A stretch of DNA of 64,000 nt from Octopus sinensis (GCF_006345805.1 NW_021836290.1:124001-188000); one strand, 5' to 3'. Shown: positions 29,079-41,722, counted from the first letter of the stretch. Notes: generated by a model from the sequence alone, not told the origin. Numbers and translations are program-made.

Positions 29079-29080
<2 letters not shown>
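26713..29080 (+). mobile_element. Helitron family B with PIF1-type helicase remnant
   Basis: TC start, degenerate hairpin and CTGG end before T. Helicase ORFs 27788-28297 (DAPGGTGKT, ASSGIAA, GRTAHSTF) and 28267-29004 (GDFRQTLPV, LKVGAPIMLIRN..CNGTR) are frameshifted. Confidence 0.9.
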
Positions 29081-29137
<57 letters not shown>

Positions 29138-29174
29138 ACAATTATTAAATTAATAATTTATACTTTTTTTTAGA

Positions 29175-29556
29175 GAGGAAGCACTCCGTCGGTTACGTCG
29201 ACGAGGGTTCCGGTTGATCCGATCAACGGAACAGCCTGCTCGTGAAATTAACGTGTAAGTGGCTGAGCACTCCACAGACACGTGTACCCTTAACGTAGTT
29301 CTCGGGGATATTCAGCGTGACACAGAGAGTGACAAGGCCGGCCCTTTGAAATACAGGTACAACAGAAACAGGAAGTAAGAGTGAGAGAAAGTTGTGGTGA
29401 AAGAGTACAGTAAGGATCACCACCATCCCTGCCGGAGCCTCGTGGATCTTTAGGTGTTTTCGCTCAATAAACACTCACAACGCCCGGTTTGGGAATCGAA
29501 ACTGCGATCCTATGACCGCGAGTCCGCTGCCCTAACCACTGGGCCATTGCGCCTCC
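29175..29556 (-). mobile_element. tRNA-derived SINE (head A + tail 2)
   Basis: Head matches the 1340 copy; tail matches the 50610 copy. Confidence 0.85.
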
Positions 29557-29569
29557 ACTATAATTTATA

Positions 29570-29795
29570 CAAGTGGTTAGCATGCATAATAAAAGTCAGA
29601 AGATAAATATTTTCATAATATAATGGTAAGAATTTATACACATGCTAGATGGACAGTCAAAACCAAACCACGAAAAGAAGCATTCTTTTGTGCTAAAAGT
29701 AAGAATGCTTTTTTCGTGGTTTGGGGCTTGACTGCCCTCTCTAGCATGTAAGAAGTCTACATGGTGGTCTTCTCTGTGTATAAATTCTTACACAC
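29570..29795. repeat. Fold-back element (3' end of the 42385 family)
   Basis: Arms ~29626-29690 and ~29700-29791; shares CAAACCACGAAAA and TTACATGC with 42400-42510. Confidence 0.65.
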
Positions 29796-30371
29796 TATTA
29801 TATATATAGATATATATCATTAGTTAGATATATTCTGCTAGAATATTATACACTGAATTTATGAGTTCTCTTTGTATAAAATGTCAAAAATATTAATACT
29901 ATAAAGTATTTAGACATTAATACAAGCGATTATATATACTGTATTTTGAAATGATAGCATGAAATTTAATATCAAAAAAATTCCTCACGAAGATATGTGT
30001 CTAAAATAGTATTGTATTAAAGATATTTATAAATATATGAAACATGACAGTTTAAAAAATTTGTTAATTAATGCATCTTACGATCGTTTCACAAAAGTAA
30101 TATCGTTATAAGGGAATCTATTGTTGATACACATTGATATACAATTCTTCCGCTCGTCGGAGATGGAGAAGATAAAGTTTTTATAATATATCGAATGTTG
30201 TTTTAAAATTAGAAAAATATATGAAAAAGTATTCTTGAGAAATAGATTAAAATTTACTGGTTTTTATTTATGCAGGTAGACTTTGGTAAGAAAATTTAAA
30301 GTTTGTTTATATATATATCCTTGGTAAGTTCATCTCGGTAATACATGGCAATTTTGTGTAAACTATTTCTT

Positions 30372-30598
30372 TACTGAGATGTACTTGCATAGCAAGTGAT
30401 TTGATCTGAGATCGTGTGCTGAAACGAAAACAGTTGCAGCGTGGAAGGTGTTTGTAAGCCATTTAAGAAACACACAAAAGCCGTTCGATTCACTTCAACA
30501 ATTAAGTTTAATTTGTCAAAATATTTTCGTCGCTTTAAGACCGCGACCTGTTCACTGACAAAAATCCGTGCAGCACGGATTTTTGACAAATTAAACTT
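30372..30598 (-). mobile_element. Second copy of the G3-C8 hammerhead fold-back family
   Basis: Homologous to 21390-21712, with a short inverted arm at 30573-30598. Confidence 0.75.
30512..30562 (-). ncRNA. Minimal type I hammerhead-like ribozyme with swapped G3-C8 core
   Basis: tttgtca-GTGAACA-g-gtcgc ggtcttaaa gcgac-GAAA-atat-TT-tgacaaa; palindromic AATATT stem III. Confidence 0.6.
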
Positions 30599-30921
30599 GT
30601 CGAGTTTCAGCAGAAGCTGTAGGTTCGAACACGATTTTGTCTCTGCTGAAGATATGTCTTCAGGAAAAACCCTCGCTGATTCTGGAGCTCAGCATTTGGT
30701 GCGACTAAGAGGATTCTAACTGTATGCCGCTCATGTTTACTACGTAGTGTAAGGTTTTCTTGATGTGAGTAATGCTAGAGTTTTTATTCGCTGTTAATAG
30801 AGACAGTGTTGCTCTAGGCCCAGTGGGGAACTCTCTCAAAACAGATTCTTGTTGAACCAATCCCGATACACACATAGAAACACACAGAAACGCACAAACA
30901 GCACGCACAAACAGCACGCAT

Positions 30922-30979
<58 letters not shown>

Positions 30980-31499
30980 ACCATGGAAGTAGAATGTGTT
31001 GCTTCTTTAAGAAACCTTCAAAATATTTCAACATTTTTTATGACATTTATATTGGTCAGTGTTGCATCTAAGAGCATATCTGAGAGCTTACGTTTCTTCA
31101 ACCTGGAAGTGAGGATAATAAATTCCGAAAGATATTTTACTGCAGAGAGTCGACGACGGCCAACAAGTTGCATCGAATAAATACGCTTTTCACCCCATTT
31201 TCTGGTGACTTGTGCATAGTCATTACTCGTAAACCTGGTACTAGTTTCAAGGTTATACTCGCAAGTATGACTGGGTAACTAATATCCTTCCCACTCTTGA
31301 TCCAGCAAAAGATCGAGGTTGTATCAGCTAGACAGAGAGTTTCTAGTGATTATGTAATCAATCAGGTATCAATCTTTGCACTGAGAACGCACCCAAGTTT
31401 TTTTCTAGGACTTTATTAAATGTATTAAACAAAGTATATTCAACAAAACCATTAAAAGTACACTGTCGCAGTTGCTTCTTTCTATTTAGTAAAACATAA

Positions 31500-32180
31500 T
31501 CAGGATAGGTCTATTCAGTTTTGTCACGCTTTCTACTCTCACGCACCGTAGGTTAAACAAAACAGAAATCAGTCGCTCTTTCTCTACTCTCATATTCCTT
31601 TTCAAGTTGTATTTAATGAAATCTGTCTGGACTTGGCTAGAGAAGAAAATTCCAGTTGGCTGACAGGTACCCCACTGGATTTCCAGAATGCTCCAATGTG
31701 AACATGGACGAATCGCATCGGATCTTCTAGATCGTATCTAGATAATTTTATAAGCCTCTAGATAGAGGTAGTATAAGTTGTCCACATTTCAAAGTCGTCG
31801 TCTACACGGACCATAAATTTGTGATCTGTACGATCGATATAGACGGGGTCCCGGATACTGGAACCTGAACGCGTCCTTCCCGGCGCGCCAAGCTTTCAGA
31901 GACCAGGTTAGCAAGTTAATCCCTCAAGAGTTGGGGAGGGGCGCAATCGTCAACAGCTGTTGTTGGATAGCCCCTGAAAAGGGCTACTAGAGTAGAGACG
32001 GTATGTTTTAGTAAGGAAATAGCATTAGAGAAATCTTGGATAGAGGGAGACATTGTTAGGAAATTAGAAGAGGCGCTTAGGAAAGGCATAACAACCGACG
32101 TGTTGACAGCAAGAATGGCCCTTAATTAGTTCTTCTTTGCCAAGCACGAAGGTTGCGTTGTCAGAGCTAGGGCGCGTGCA
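31500..32180 (+). pseudogene. L1/Tx1-type LINE remnant (APE endonuclease and linker)
   Basis: SYLD, YTDHKFVIC, GYWNLN, KHEGCVVRAR-like remnants; homologous to 56620-57530. Confidence 0.6.
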
Positions 32181-32289
32181 CCGTGACTGGAGACTTTGCA
32201 GTTTTTATATTCCAAATCTTCGCAATTTCAAATTTTAAGGGATTATATTTTTCTTTTCATCCTCTTTATTTACAACCCTGGAGTCAAAC

Positions 32290-33830
32290 AGACACGATGT
32301 ATCAAGTAGTAAGCAACTTCTCTTTTCTTGTCTATTATTATTATCATGTCTGGTCTATCATTTTCTAGCTTCTTGTCCGTTTGAATAGGAAAGGCCCAGA
32401 GAAGTTTGCATTTCTCCGACTCCAGCACACCTTCGACCCATGGAGGTCATGCCATGTACCTCCAGCTTCAAATCACCATTTCTGACAAAGCTTCTAGTGT
32501 AAAATTTTCACAATTTGGTTATGCCTCCATTTGGAATATTCTGTAACAATGTGTACCACTGTCAAATTCCAAATTCCACAGGCCCTACATTTTACTGACA
32601 CCTTCTCCCCATACACATATTCTCTCAAATTGTTTGTTCTTATCGCTTGATCGTGAGTTGCTATGATTAGACTCTCAGTTTCTTTTCCTAATTGTACTTT
32701 TTTTTTTACCAAGCCCAGGATTTTGTTACACATACCTCCTCATTGGCTTTCCAAAACTGATTGCAAAGGTTTCTCTTCAACCTGTCTAACATACTTTCTT
32801 TGAATTTCATTCTTGCCACAACAAAGAAGCTTAGATGTCAAGAACCTTGCTATGTTTCCTAGCAGTCCCTGATAACACTATTTTTTCTAGCTGTACTAAA
32901 CTAGGTCTTATGCCTATTTCCTCTATCATTCTGTTCAACTCTTTAGGGATAGTTTCTAAAACCTATAACAAATAACATTTTGCCAGCACTTTCCATAACC
33001 TCTCTAACTCAATGGCTAGGTTCTGGTATTTTCTACCTTCTCTATACCTCTCATATTGACTTTCTTCTCATTTGGGACTGCAAAGTCAATTACCTGGCAC
33101 TTTCTATTATATTTGTCTACTACTAGTACTAATACTAAATCAGGCTTTCTAGCTTCTATTACTCTGTCCGTATGAATGTTTAAAGTCCCACAACATCTTA
33201 TATTTCTTGCTTTCTAATACTCCACTAGGCTCATGCTCATACCATTTATCAGTATGGTCAATGCCAGCCTTCTATATAACTCCCAGCTGATTATTCTCTC
33301 TAGATTGTCACGTCTTTTCTTTCTATGACAGCATACTACGTTCATTTTTTATATAGGTAACACTTTTCTCCTTTGATCTACATAACCTGCACTGGAAATC
33401 TACTTGGCTTTTGTCTATTTTTGACTTTTATCCAATTAGTCTTCAATGTTTGGTCTTTTGCTGCTACTAACAAACTTTCTGTTGCTCTTATTAGCTTTCA
33501 CCTCTGCAACTATAACCATGTCTCACAATCACTATTTGCTATAACTATCTTTGGGAATCTACCATGCAAAGCCTTCTCTTGCCAGTCAGGTATTTGTGTT
33601 GTTTTTTGTTCACTTTTTTCTCGCTTTTAACTTCATTTGGATTTTTGGTCTCCCTATGTCCTATTATTACTCTAACAGCTCTTAATAAACTTTCTTCACT
33701 ATTACCTACAGAAGAGACTATATCTACTCTCGCTAACTCCACTGATATTAACCTTCTACCACCTTCTTTTCTAGGTAAGTAGAATCTTGCTACTCTTACA
33801 TGCAGTTGACTAAAGACATATTCTATAGAA
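32290..33830 (-). pseudogene. Two degenerate Dong/R4-type LINE fragments
   Basis: ETESLIIATHDQAIRTN..CRACG; ARFYLPRKEGGRRL. Confidence 0.7.
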
Positions 33831-33905
33831 TCATACATACACGCATATATACAAACACACACACACACACGCTCATACACACGCACGCACAAACACATAC
33901 ACTGA

Positions 33906-33951
<46 letters not shown>

Positions 33952-34413
33952 GATATAATATACAATTGACAATAATTTTAATTGGTCTTTGAGAAATCTG
34001 GGTGTAACATGTTTTGTAGTGTGAATATCATTCTTTCAACTAAACCACGAAGTATATCATCATCATCATCATCATCATCACTTATTTATTCTTACCCTAG
34101 TCATCTCCTCCACCACTTTCATTTTTTCGCTGTCACAATCAAAATACCAATCTTATAGACGTTATACATGCTCCATTCTATTGTTCTTCTCCCTCCCATC
34201 ACTCCCACCTCCACAAACTTCTCCTCTTCCTCCTCCTCTCCAACTTCTTCCTCGTCCGCCACGTCTTCTTTTATGCAATGCGAACTAACAAAAAAGGATG
34301 TAATGCACCATTTGTCAAGGATGTGTGTATGCGTTACATAACAGTTTGCTTATATATATTTATATATATGGGAGAGGTATGTATGTATGTATGTATGTAT
34401 GTATGTATGTATG

Positions 34414-34445
<32 letters not shown>

Positions 34446-34446
34446 C

Positions 34447-34563
34447 GGCCTACTCGCTTAGTCAGCGGGTTGGCGTCATTCGAAGGCTAAAACAATGCGA
34501 ACGCATTGTGACCAGCGATGTGTAGCAACTTCTGATGGTCTGGTCGGTCACGTGATCACGTGA
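34447..34563 (+). mobile_element. SINE tail-1 fragment (another at 36103-36217)
   Basis: Matches 1530-1650. Confidence 0.8.
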
Positions 34564-34688
34564 TATATATATACACACACATATATCGACCCAAGAGCAG
34601 AGACTTCATATTTGATTTCCCACCAACTGTCATACATCATCAACTGCAAAGTTTCTCTGTTGAAGAAGATATCACAATCGCCAACAGA

Positions 34689-34811
34689 ATGTTCCTCAAG
34701 AAACTCAACATTCATCTGATTTTGGTCGGAATTATGTTTGTTATGATGGGTCTAACTTTCTTCCAACAAACTTCACGTATATTAAAGTTAGAGAAAAGAT
34801 CCATTCAGCCG
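34689..34811 (+). CDS. Exon 1 of short-chain collagen C4-like secreted protein (signal/TM segment)
   Basis: ATG at 34689, MFLKKLNIHLILVGIMFVMMGLTFFQQTSRILKLEKRSIQP, donor CCG|GTAAGA, phase 0. Confidence 0.7.
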
Positions 34812-36058
34812 GTAAGATTATTTGATTTATACATATTCTATGTGGAATTATTATCTAAGATGGGATAGGGATTATGTGATCTGTCAACAGAATTATTTAT
34901 TAAGATGTGTACTGAACATTAAAAATACTCAACAAATATGTTTGATTTGATATTGTGGGAGCAGAAATCACTATGATATATCTGAGACGATCACGATAGA
35001 TTGTTGATGCACTTATTGATTTCTTACATACGCACAAAGTGAATGTTTTATATATATATATGTGTGAAGAAATTTCACCAGTGTATTACTGGTATTTATC
35101 TTACACATCATCGATGAGGCAGAGTTAAATCATCTCCAGCCTAAATTGAAATCTCAATCAAAATTAATAAAACTAAATGAAGTAAGTAATGTAGCCTGGT
35201 GCTCTATCAATACAATCTGTTGAGATAAATATTTACTAGACACAAGCAATTACTACTAAATTTCCTCCCCAACAACTTTAGACTTTAAGACTACCACAGG
35301 CATCTATTACTCTCTCTAAATTGCTTTGATTTTGCTCTGTTTTTACCTCTTCCTCTACCTCCACATCCTCTCTCATATCTTCTCAGCTTACCCGTACGCA
35401 ATTCTTAAACACTACACACCTATGCACCTTACTTTATCCTATAACCAATCCTTAAAATCCTCCCTCACTCTATCTCTCTCTTTCTATTCATTTTCTTTTC
35501 TTTCCTTTTACCACTAAATAGCCACCTCCGCTACCATTCTGTTATCGAACGTTGATACGTTTGCTTTTTTTTTTTCTCGGGATGTCTACTATGTCAGGAT
35601 TTAAAACCCACATGGATCTGCGCAGGATTGCACCTAAGGATTCATGCTCTTGTTTCTATAACTTCGGAAAGTTGAACTATGAACTTTTATGCTTTTTTCT
35701 TCTTTCTTTCCATCTCCTTATTTTTTTACTCCCTTCCTCTATGTCGTCATCTCATTAATATATACCATTTTCACTTTCCCTATTTGTCTCTGATGTCGGA
35801 ATATCCCTTGCTCGGGGATATCATAGAAACAGGTGTAAAGCTGAATTTTTTCCAAAAATATTCTATACGACTTGAGATGTTTGCCTTGTCTTAATGTTTG
35901 TTGTCCTCTTTAACAATTCTATATCTGCTGCATCGGAAATCTGCAATGGCTCCACAATTTCCATCTCGGTTATAATCTTATAGCCCTAGTAATCTGTTAC
36001 AGCACTTACCTAGCAGTACCTAAGTGTTTAGATCACCTGTGAACTAAACCCCATACCT

Positions 36059-36106
<48 letters not shown>

Positions 36107-36216
36107 CCTGCTCGCTTAGCCAGCAGGGTGGCGTCATTTGAAGGCTAAAACAATGCGAAGCGCATTGTGACCAGCGATATGTAGCAACATCTGACAGTCT
36201 GGTCGGTCACGGTGAT

Positions 36217-36272
<56 letters not shown>

Positions 36273-36334
36273 ATATGTATATGTATATGTATATGTATGA
36301 ATGTATATATGTATATATGTATATATATATTCAG

Positions 36335-36820
36335 ATTTGGCGAGGACAGGACAACCAGAAATGATGAGATCAACTCTTTATTTTATTTGTTGCACATTTT
36401 CCATTTCATTACTTTGCTTTTATAGTGGTTTGTGGTCAGGCGTTGGTCTTGTGCAGCGAGGATTAATCCTTCTTTTTCTGCTTTTAGTCCAGAAGTTTTG
36501 AGCTATTGTTGACTTATACTTAAGCTCACTTCTCTGTCAAGCTTTGCCTGTAGTTCGTTTTGTAGTTCTGTTTTCATGTTGTTTTTCTCTCTTTGATCGC
36601 ACCTGTTGTGTTGTCATCTGAGATCAGTGTTTCAGTGTAATTTGTTTCTGTTTTGTATTCTGTCGCCTCCTTGTGTATAGAGAAAATTGTTCTTTTTTTT
36701 CCGTGTTGCTTTATTTCATGTAATAGTCGTCCATGCTTCCTACACTTTCTCTTTGTTATTTCCTCTTTTTAGCACTAAAACAGTAACCAAATTTCGAATA
36801 TTACTCTATTGTCTTATTGA
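36335..36820 (-). pseudogene. Dong/R4-type LINE fragment (intronic)
   Basis: Minus strand AEKEGLILAAQDQRLTTNHY. Confidence 0.65.
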
Positions 36821-36822
36821 GC

Positions 36823-36831
36823 CTTTGGTAG

Positions 36832-36902
<71 letters not shown>

Positions 36903-37516
36903 ACACACATACACACACATATCTGTATGAGTGGACAAACGAAAGAAAAAAACACCCTCTCTCTCTCACACACGCACACATACATTCAGAAGCATTAAAT
37001 GATAATGATAATGATAATGTAATCAAACGTCCATTCAAAATTATATCTTGAACTTTTTGATCATAATTCTCTTAATCATAATTAACATGGAGCTAAAGGA
37101 CAACAAATATATATTACATAACTAACATTAAATATGTTTTTTTCTAATTTCAGAGAGAAAATCCGACAAGTAAACCACCTTTCGGTATGTTTCATGTTTT
37201 AATATCTATCCTACAACTCCATTGAGGTTGCCTTTGTCTTTCATCCTGTCGGAGTCGATAACATAATTACCAGTTGAGGACTGGAATCGATTCACTCGCT
37301 CCACCGAAATTACTGGCCTTGTTTCAAAATTTAAAACCAACATGTGTCCTTATTTGTGTTTCACCTATCATTTAATGCTTCTGAATGTATGTGTGCGTGT
37401 GTGAGAGAGAGAGGGTGTTTTTTTTCTTTTGTTTGTCCACTCATACAGATATGTGTGTGTATGTGTGTGTGTATGTGTGTGTATGTGTGTGTATGTGTGT
37501 GTGTGTATATGTGTGT

Positions 37517-37581
<65 letters not shown>

Positions 37582-37590
37582 CTACCAAAG
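36823..37590. repeat. Intronic inverted repeat flanking exon 2
   Basis: 36823-37004 is the reverse complement of 37366-37590 (unique sequence plus CA/TG tract). Confidence 0.9.
37154..37184 (+). CDS. Exon 2 (31 nt, RENPTSKPPF)
   Basis: Acceptor ttttctaatttcag| and donor |gtatgt; converts phase 0 to phase 1 as needed to join exons 1 and 3. Confidence 0.7.
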
Positions 37591-37599
37591 AACAACTGT

Positions 37600-38050
37600 A
37601 GTTAATAACCTTTTCAGTTGACATAGGAATGGAATTTGACCCAATGAATAGTTCGTATTTGATTTTTGAATGTAGACAATCGGTTCCCCAGATCCCAAAC
37701 CTGTACACCAACAGTCTCTCTACTTTTCTTGTTCCACGCGAGGAATTCTACAAAGGTGTCGTGAATACTTTCTAAGTATTTAAAGTTGCTGCTGCATGTT
37801 CCACATCTGCTATCTCCACATCTTTTCATGGAAAATTCTGATTCATTCTCTGATGTGAATTTTGCTCGTGTGAGGTAGGGTTTTTTATCAATCAGATTTT
37901 TCATTTTGGAGCTTTGTAGAAGTATAGGTAGGTTTGATTTTATGATATGAAAGATGTTGGCTAGCCAAGGATTGTTCGTATTAATACATGGAATCCTATG
38001 TTCATTATTTTTCTCCTTTTATGTCCTTAGTTTTGAGATGATCAGCCTCA
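37600..38050 (-). pseudogene. Penelope-like GIY-YIG remnant
   Basis: LTRAKF..MKRCGDSRCGTC. Confidence 0.65.
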
Positions 38051-38171
38051 TTGTCTTTTTAATTCCCAAATATATTGATAGGTATACAATGAAAAAAGAA
38101 GAGTAAGAAAAAAATGCTTTGTAATGAAATTTCAAGGAATTGACTACATCAAATTGAAAAAGAAACACACA

Positions 38172-38267
<96 letters not shown>

Positions 38268-38619
38268 TAAGTATTATATATATCCGTTCTCCATCCTTTA
38301 TTATCATTTTTTCTTTCTTTCTTGATTGTCCTGAAACCTCCCTCTCTATCTATCCACCCCTCTTTGCTTTTCTTTCTCTTTCACATCCTTTTTCCAAAAA
38401 ACAAAAACAATATTCTTCTCTTCTAAACAAACCAGAAACACCTCCGATCCATAGAAATGCACAACGAAATGTTCTTTACCATTTTGATTTTGCCTTGATG
38501 AGTTCGAAGTACGAACGAAAGCGATATTAAAGGATTATCCAAAATTCTGACTGCCTGCTTTTTCTCAGTATACAATATCTGTACATCACTTCAAACGCTC
38601 TATATATTTATATATTGAG

Positions 38620-38828
38620 GGTAAAGACCCACTTCGGTAATGAATGATCATGGGATTTGCACCTAGAAACTTCCCCTCCGAGGGCACTTTCTACAGCTGA
38701 ATGAATTGGAGCAACGTGAAAATGAAGTATCTTGCTCGAGAAAACAACACATAGCCCGATCCGGGAATCGAACTCACTACCTCATGATCGTGAGCCCTAT
38801 GCTCTAGCCATTGAGCGAGGCGCCTTCA
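38620..38828 (-). mobile_element. tRNA-derived SINE (head B + tail 3)
   Basis: B-box GAGTTCGATTCC; head related to the 50610 copy. Confidence 0.7.
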
Positions 38829-38920
38829 CATTGTGTGTGTGCTTGCGTGCGTGTGTCCGTGCGTGTGTGTGTGTGTGTGTGTAGCATTAATTGTAATTAT
38901 GAAAAATATTTACCTTACAG

Positions 38921-38998
38921 ATTTTCGGTCTGGTGCCGTATATACGCATTGGGGAAAACGAAATTGCACTTCTAAAAGATCTCACCAAGTCTATTCAG
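38921..38998 (+). CDS. Exon 3 (DFRSGAVYTHWGKRNCTSKRSHQVYS)
   Basis: Acceptor ccttacag| and donor |gtaagc, phase 1-1; GAVY..WG...C start of the C4-like domain. Confidence 0.88.
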
Positions 38999-39395
38999 GT
39001 AAGCATATATAATGCTTCACCCCAACATTGGTTATTTATGTCTCGAGAAGTTCCACACTATAACACAACCCACTTCTAGATTACTAAACGTCACAAATAG
39101 TTTCTCAGAAATAAAACTCGAGACATGGATTTTACTCGAGGTACTTTTTTTTTAACAAATTTTGATTCGTCTTCTGAGAAGAAATGTGTGAACGTATAAC
39201 TAATCAACTCTTAATTCACTAAAATCTCATATTTGTTTATCAACGATAATTAATGAATGTGAATTAGAGTGATCGCTATATGGAACAATTATTCACCATT
39301 GCACTCATTTTTGGTGTGATGTCGATGGTAGATGTAATTTGATTCATTAGTTATTTCAAAAATAAACACTGACATTTTCTCATATTTGTTGACAG

Positions 39396-39898
39396 GTGTT
39401 GCTGCCGGATCGTTTTACTCATACAGTGGAGGCGGAAGTAACTATCTATGCCTTACAATGAAACCTCAATGGGGTAATTTCACAAAAACTTTTGAACACG
39501 CTGCCACTATATACGGTGTTGAGTATGAGGTATCAGACAATAAGAAAAGTCCGAAATTTGGAATGTTTGCACCTAAACCATACACTTTGCAAAATCAAGA
39601 CGTCCCTTGTGCGGTCTGTGAAACAAAAGAACCTGCTTCAGTAATAATGATTCCTGGTCGAAAAGAATGTCTGGGTAATTGGAAAATAGAGTATTCAGGT
39701 TATTTGATGACAGAACATTATAGGCACGCAGGTAGAACTGAATTTATATGTGTCGACAAAGAAGCTGAAGCTGATAATTCTGGCTACCAAAATCAGGATG
39801 GTGCTCTATTGTACCACGTACAAGCTATTGTTGGTTCGTTGCCAAGTCCTCCATACGAGAACTATAGAGAGTTAACGTGCGTTGTGTGTAGTAAATAG
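39396..39898 (+). CDS. Exon 4 (terminal) of short-chain collagen C4-like protein; spliced CDS 735 nt = 244 aa
   Basis: GGGSNYLCL, IYGVEYE, DVPCAVC, MIPG..C...W..EYSGYLM, FICVD, DGALLYHV, LP.PPY..RELTCVVCSK*; ATTAAA downstream. Confidence 0.9.
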
Positions 39899-40044
39899 TC
39901 AGGTTTCTTTCCTCCTAAAATCTATATTAAATATTCACTCACATACGGATGTGTATAACTTTTGTTAAACATGTACAATAATAATTACAGCGATAGCAAT
40001 TTAATATGTTGTTTCAAGGGGTATGTAGGCATGCATGTATGTAT

Positions 40045-40257
<213 letters not shown>

Positions 40258-40259
40258 AG

Positions 40260-41628
40260 AAAATAGTCAAAAGTGAAAAAACTACAGAAGGCTTGTTTTA
40301 AAAGGTTAAAAAATATATTTGAGTCATTATGTTAGAAGAATGTTATAAAATTTTTTCATACAGTGACATAGTTTTTGAAGAAATTACCGGTTTCGTGTTA
40401 ACTTTTCAAATTTCTCAAAACATCGTGTTATGTCTTCGTTATGAAGTGTAAAGAAGAGTTCCAGGTAAGGGGAGGTAATAAGTGATTTCTTCCGGCGTAA
40501 GGGAGATAATCGCTTTATATTTATTTTCCCTTTTATTTAATGGGGTGAGTTTCTATGTATAAGAATGTTAGAGTGGTTAAGTTTGGGCTTATATTTTTCA
40601 ATGAAGACTGTTTCCTTGTTTAGTCTAATTTGTGTTGGTGTTCCAATAGCACATTGATAAAATGGAAAGATTAAAAATTGTGGTAGTAGTTGCTTTGCGC
40701 ATTTCTCAATATGCACACTAAGGGGTATCATTCTGTATTCTGGGAATGCAATCTGTTGTCGATGCAGTGTGCATCTACGTCTGAGTGATAGTCCCGTGGA
40801 CCCCACGTAGTTTTGGTGGCAGCCCGAGCATCTTATGACATAAATTATGTTTTCAGAAGCACAAGTAAAATTAGATTTGATCTTGAATTTTTGTCCCTCT
40901 TTGAAGAGGAATTCTGATCCTTCTAGAAGGTTTGGGCATGTTGCACAGTTTGGTCTACCACATTTTTTTACTTTTGCATCCGTAATTTCAGAAAACAATT
41001 TTGCCTTTGTGAGAATCTTTTTAAGTGATTTAGGTTGTTTGTAGCTTTTAATGATTTTATGTATGTTTAGAATTTCCTTTAATTTGGGGTCCTTATGAAG
41101 TATTGGTAAATTCTGGGTGATGATGGTGAAGGCTTCTTTGTTTTTGGGGTTGTATGTGGATATGTAAGGCAGTATTTTCGGGGAAGGTGTGTTGTTGTGT
41201 TGAACTTTTCTCATGAATCAAAAAGTAGGTATTGTTTAGCGTCTCTGGCTTTGTAAAGAATGTCTATTTCTATTTTAAGGTTAATTTTTTTAATTAGTAT
41301 ATCTAAGAATGGAACCTCCTTTTGGTTGTATTCCATTGTGAACTGTATATTTGGGTTGATGCTGTTCAATAGGTTTTTGAATTTTAGGAGTTTATCTGTG
41401 TTTTCATTCCAGAATATAAAACAATCGTCCAGGAATCGTTTCCAATTCTCTTTTATGTATTGAGAGAGGGGGTTTCCAAAGGTCGATAAAGATTCCTGGT
41501 ATACAATTATTTCCAGGTAGCCCATTGTTAGGTTCGCAATGACTGGTGCTGGCCTTGTACCCATAACAATTCCGGATTTTTTACGGTAAAATGTATTGTC
41601 AAACATGAAGTGGTTATTATGTAGGATG
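40260..41628 (-). mobile_element. Penelope-like element, 5'-truncated: RT + GIY-YIG + 3' pLTR
   Basis: GIVMGTRPAPVIANL, WKRFLDDCF; CGRPNCATC..FTCASENIIYVIRC..YVGST; frameshift near 41212. Confidence 0.92.
40379..40415 (-). ncRNA. Minimal type I hammerhead (U3-A8 core) in PLE 3' pLTR
   Basis: agaaat-TTGAAAA-gt taac ac-GAAA-ccgg-TA-atttct, ~120 nt downstream of the PLE stop codon on the same strand. Confidence 0.65.
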
Positions 41629-41672
41629 TATATACATACATACATACATACATACATACATACATACATACA

Positions 41673-41722
<50 letters not shown>

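Noticed and set aside
38491-38535. TTGATGA-gttcg aagta cgaac-GAAA motif
   Set aside because: Good stem II but no convincing stem I or III; a relic at best
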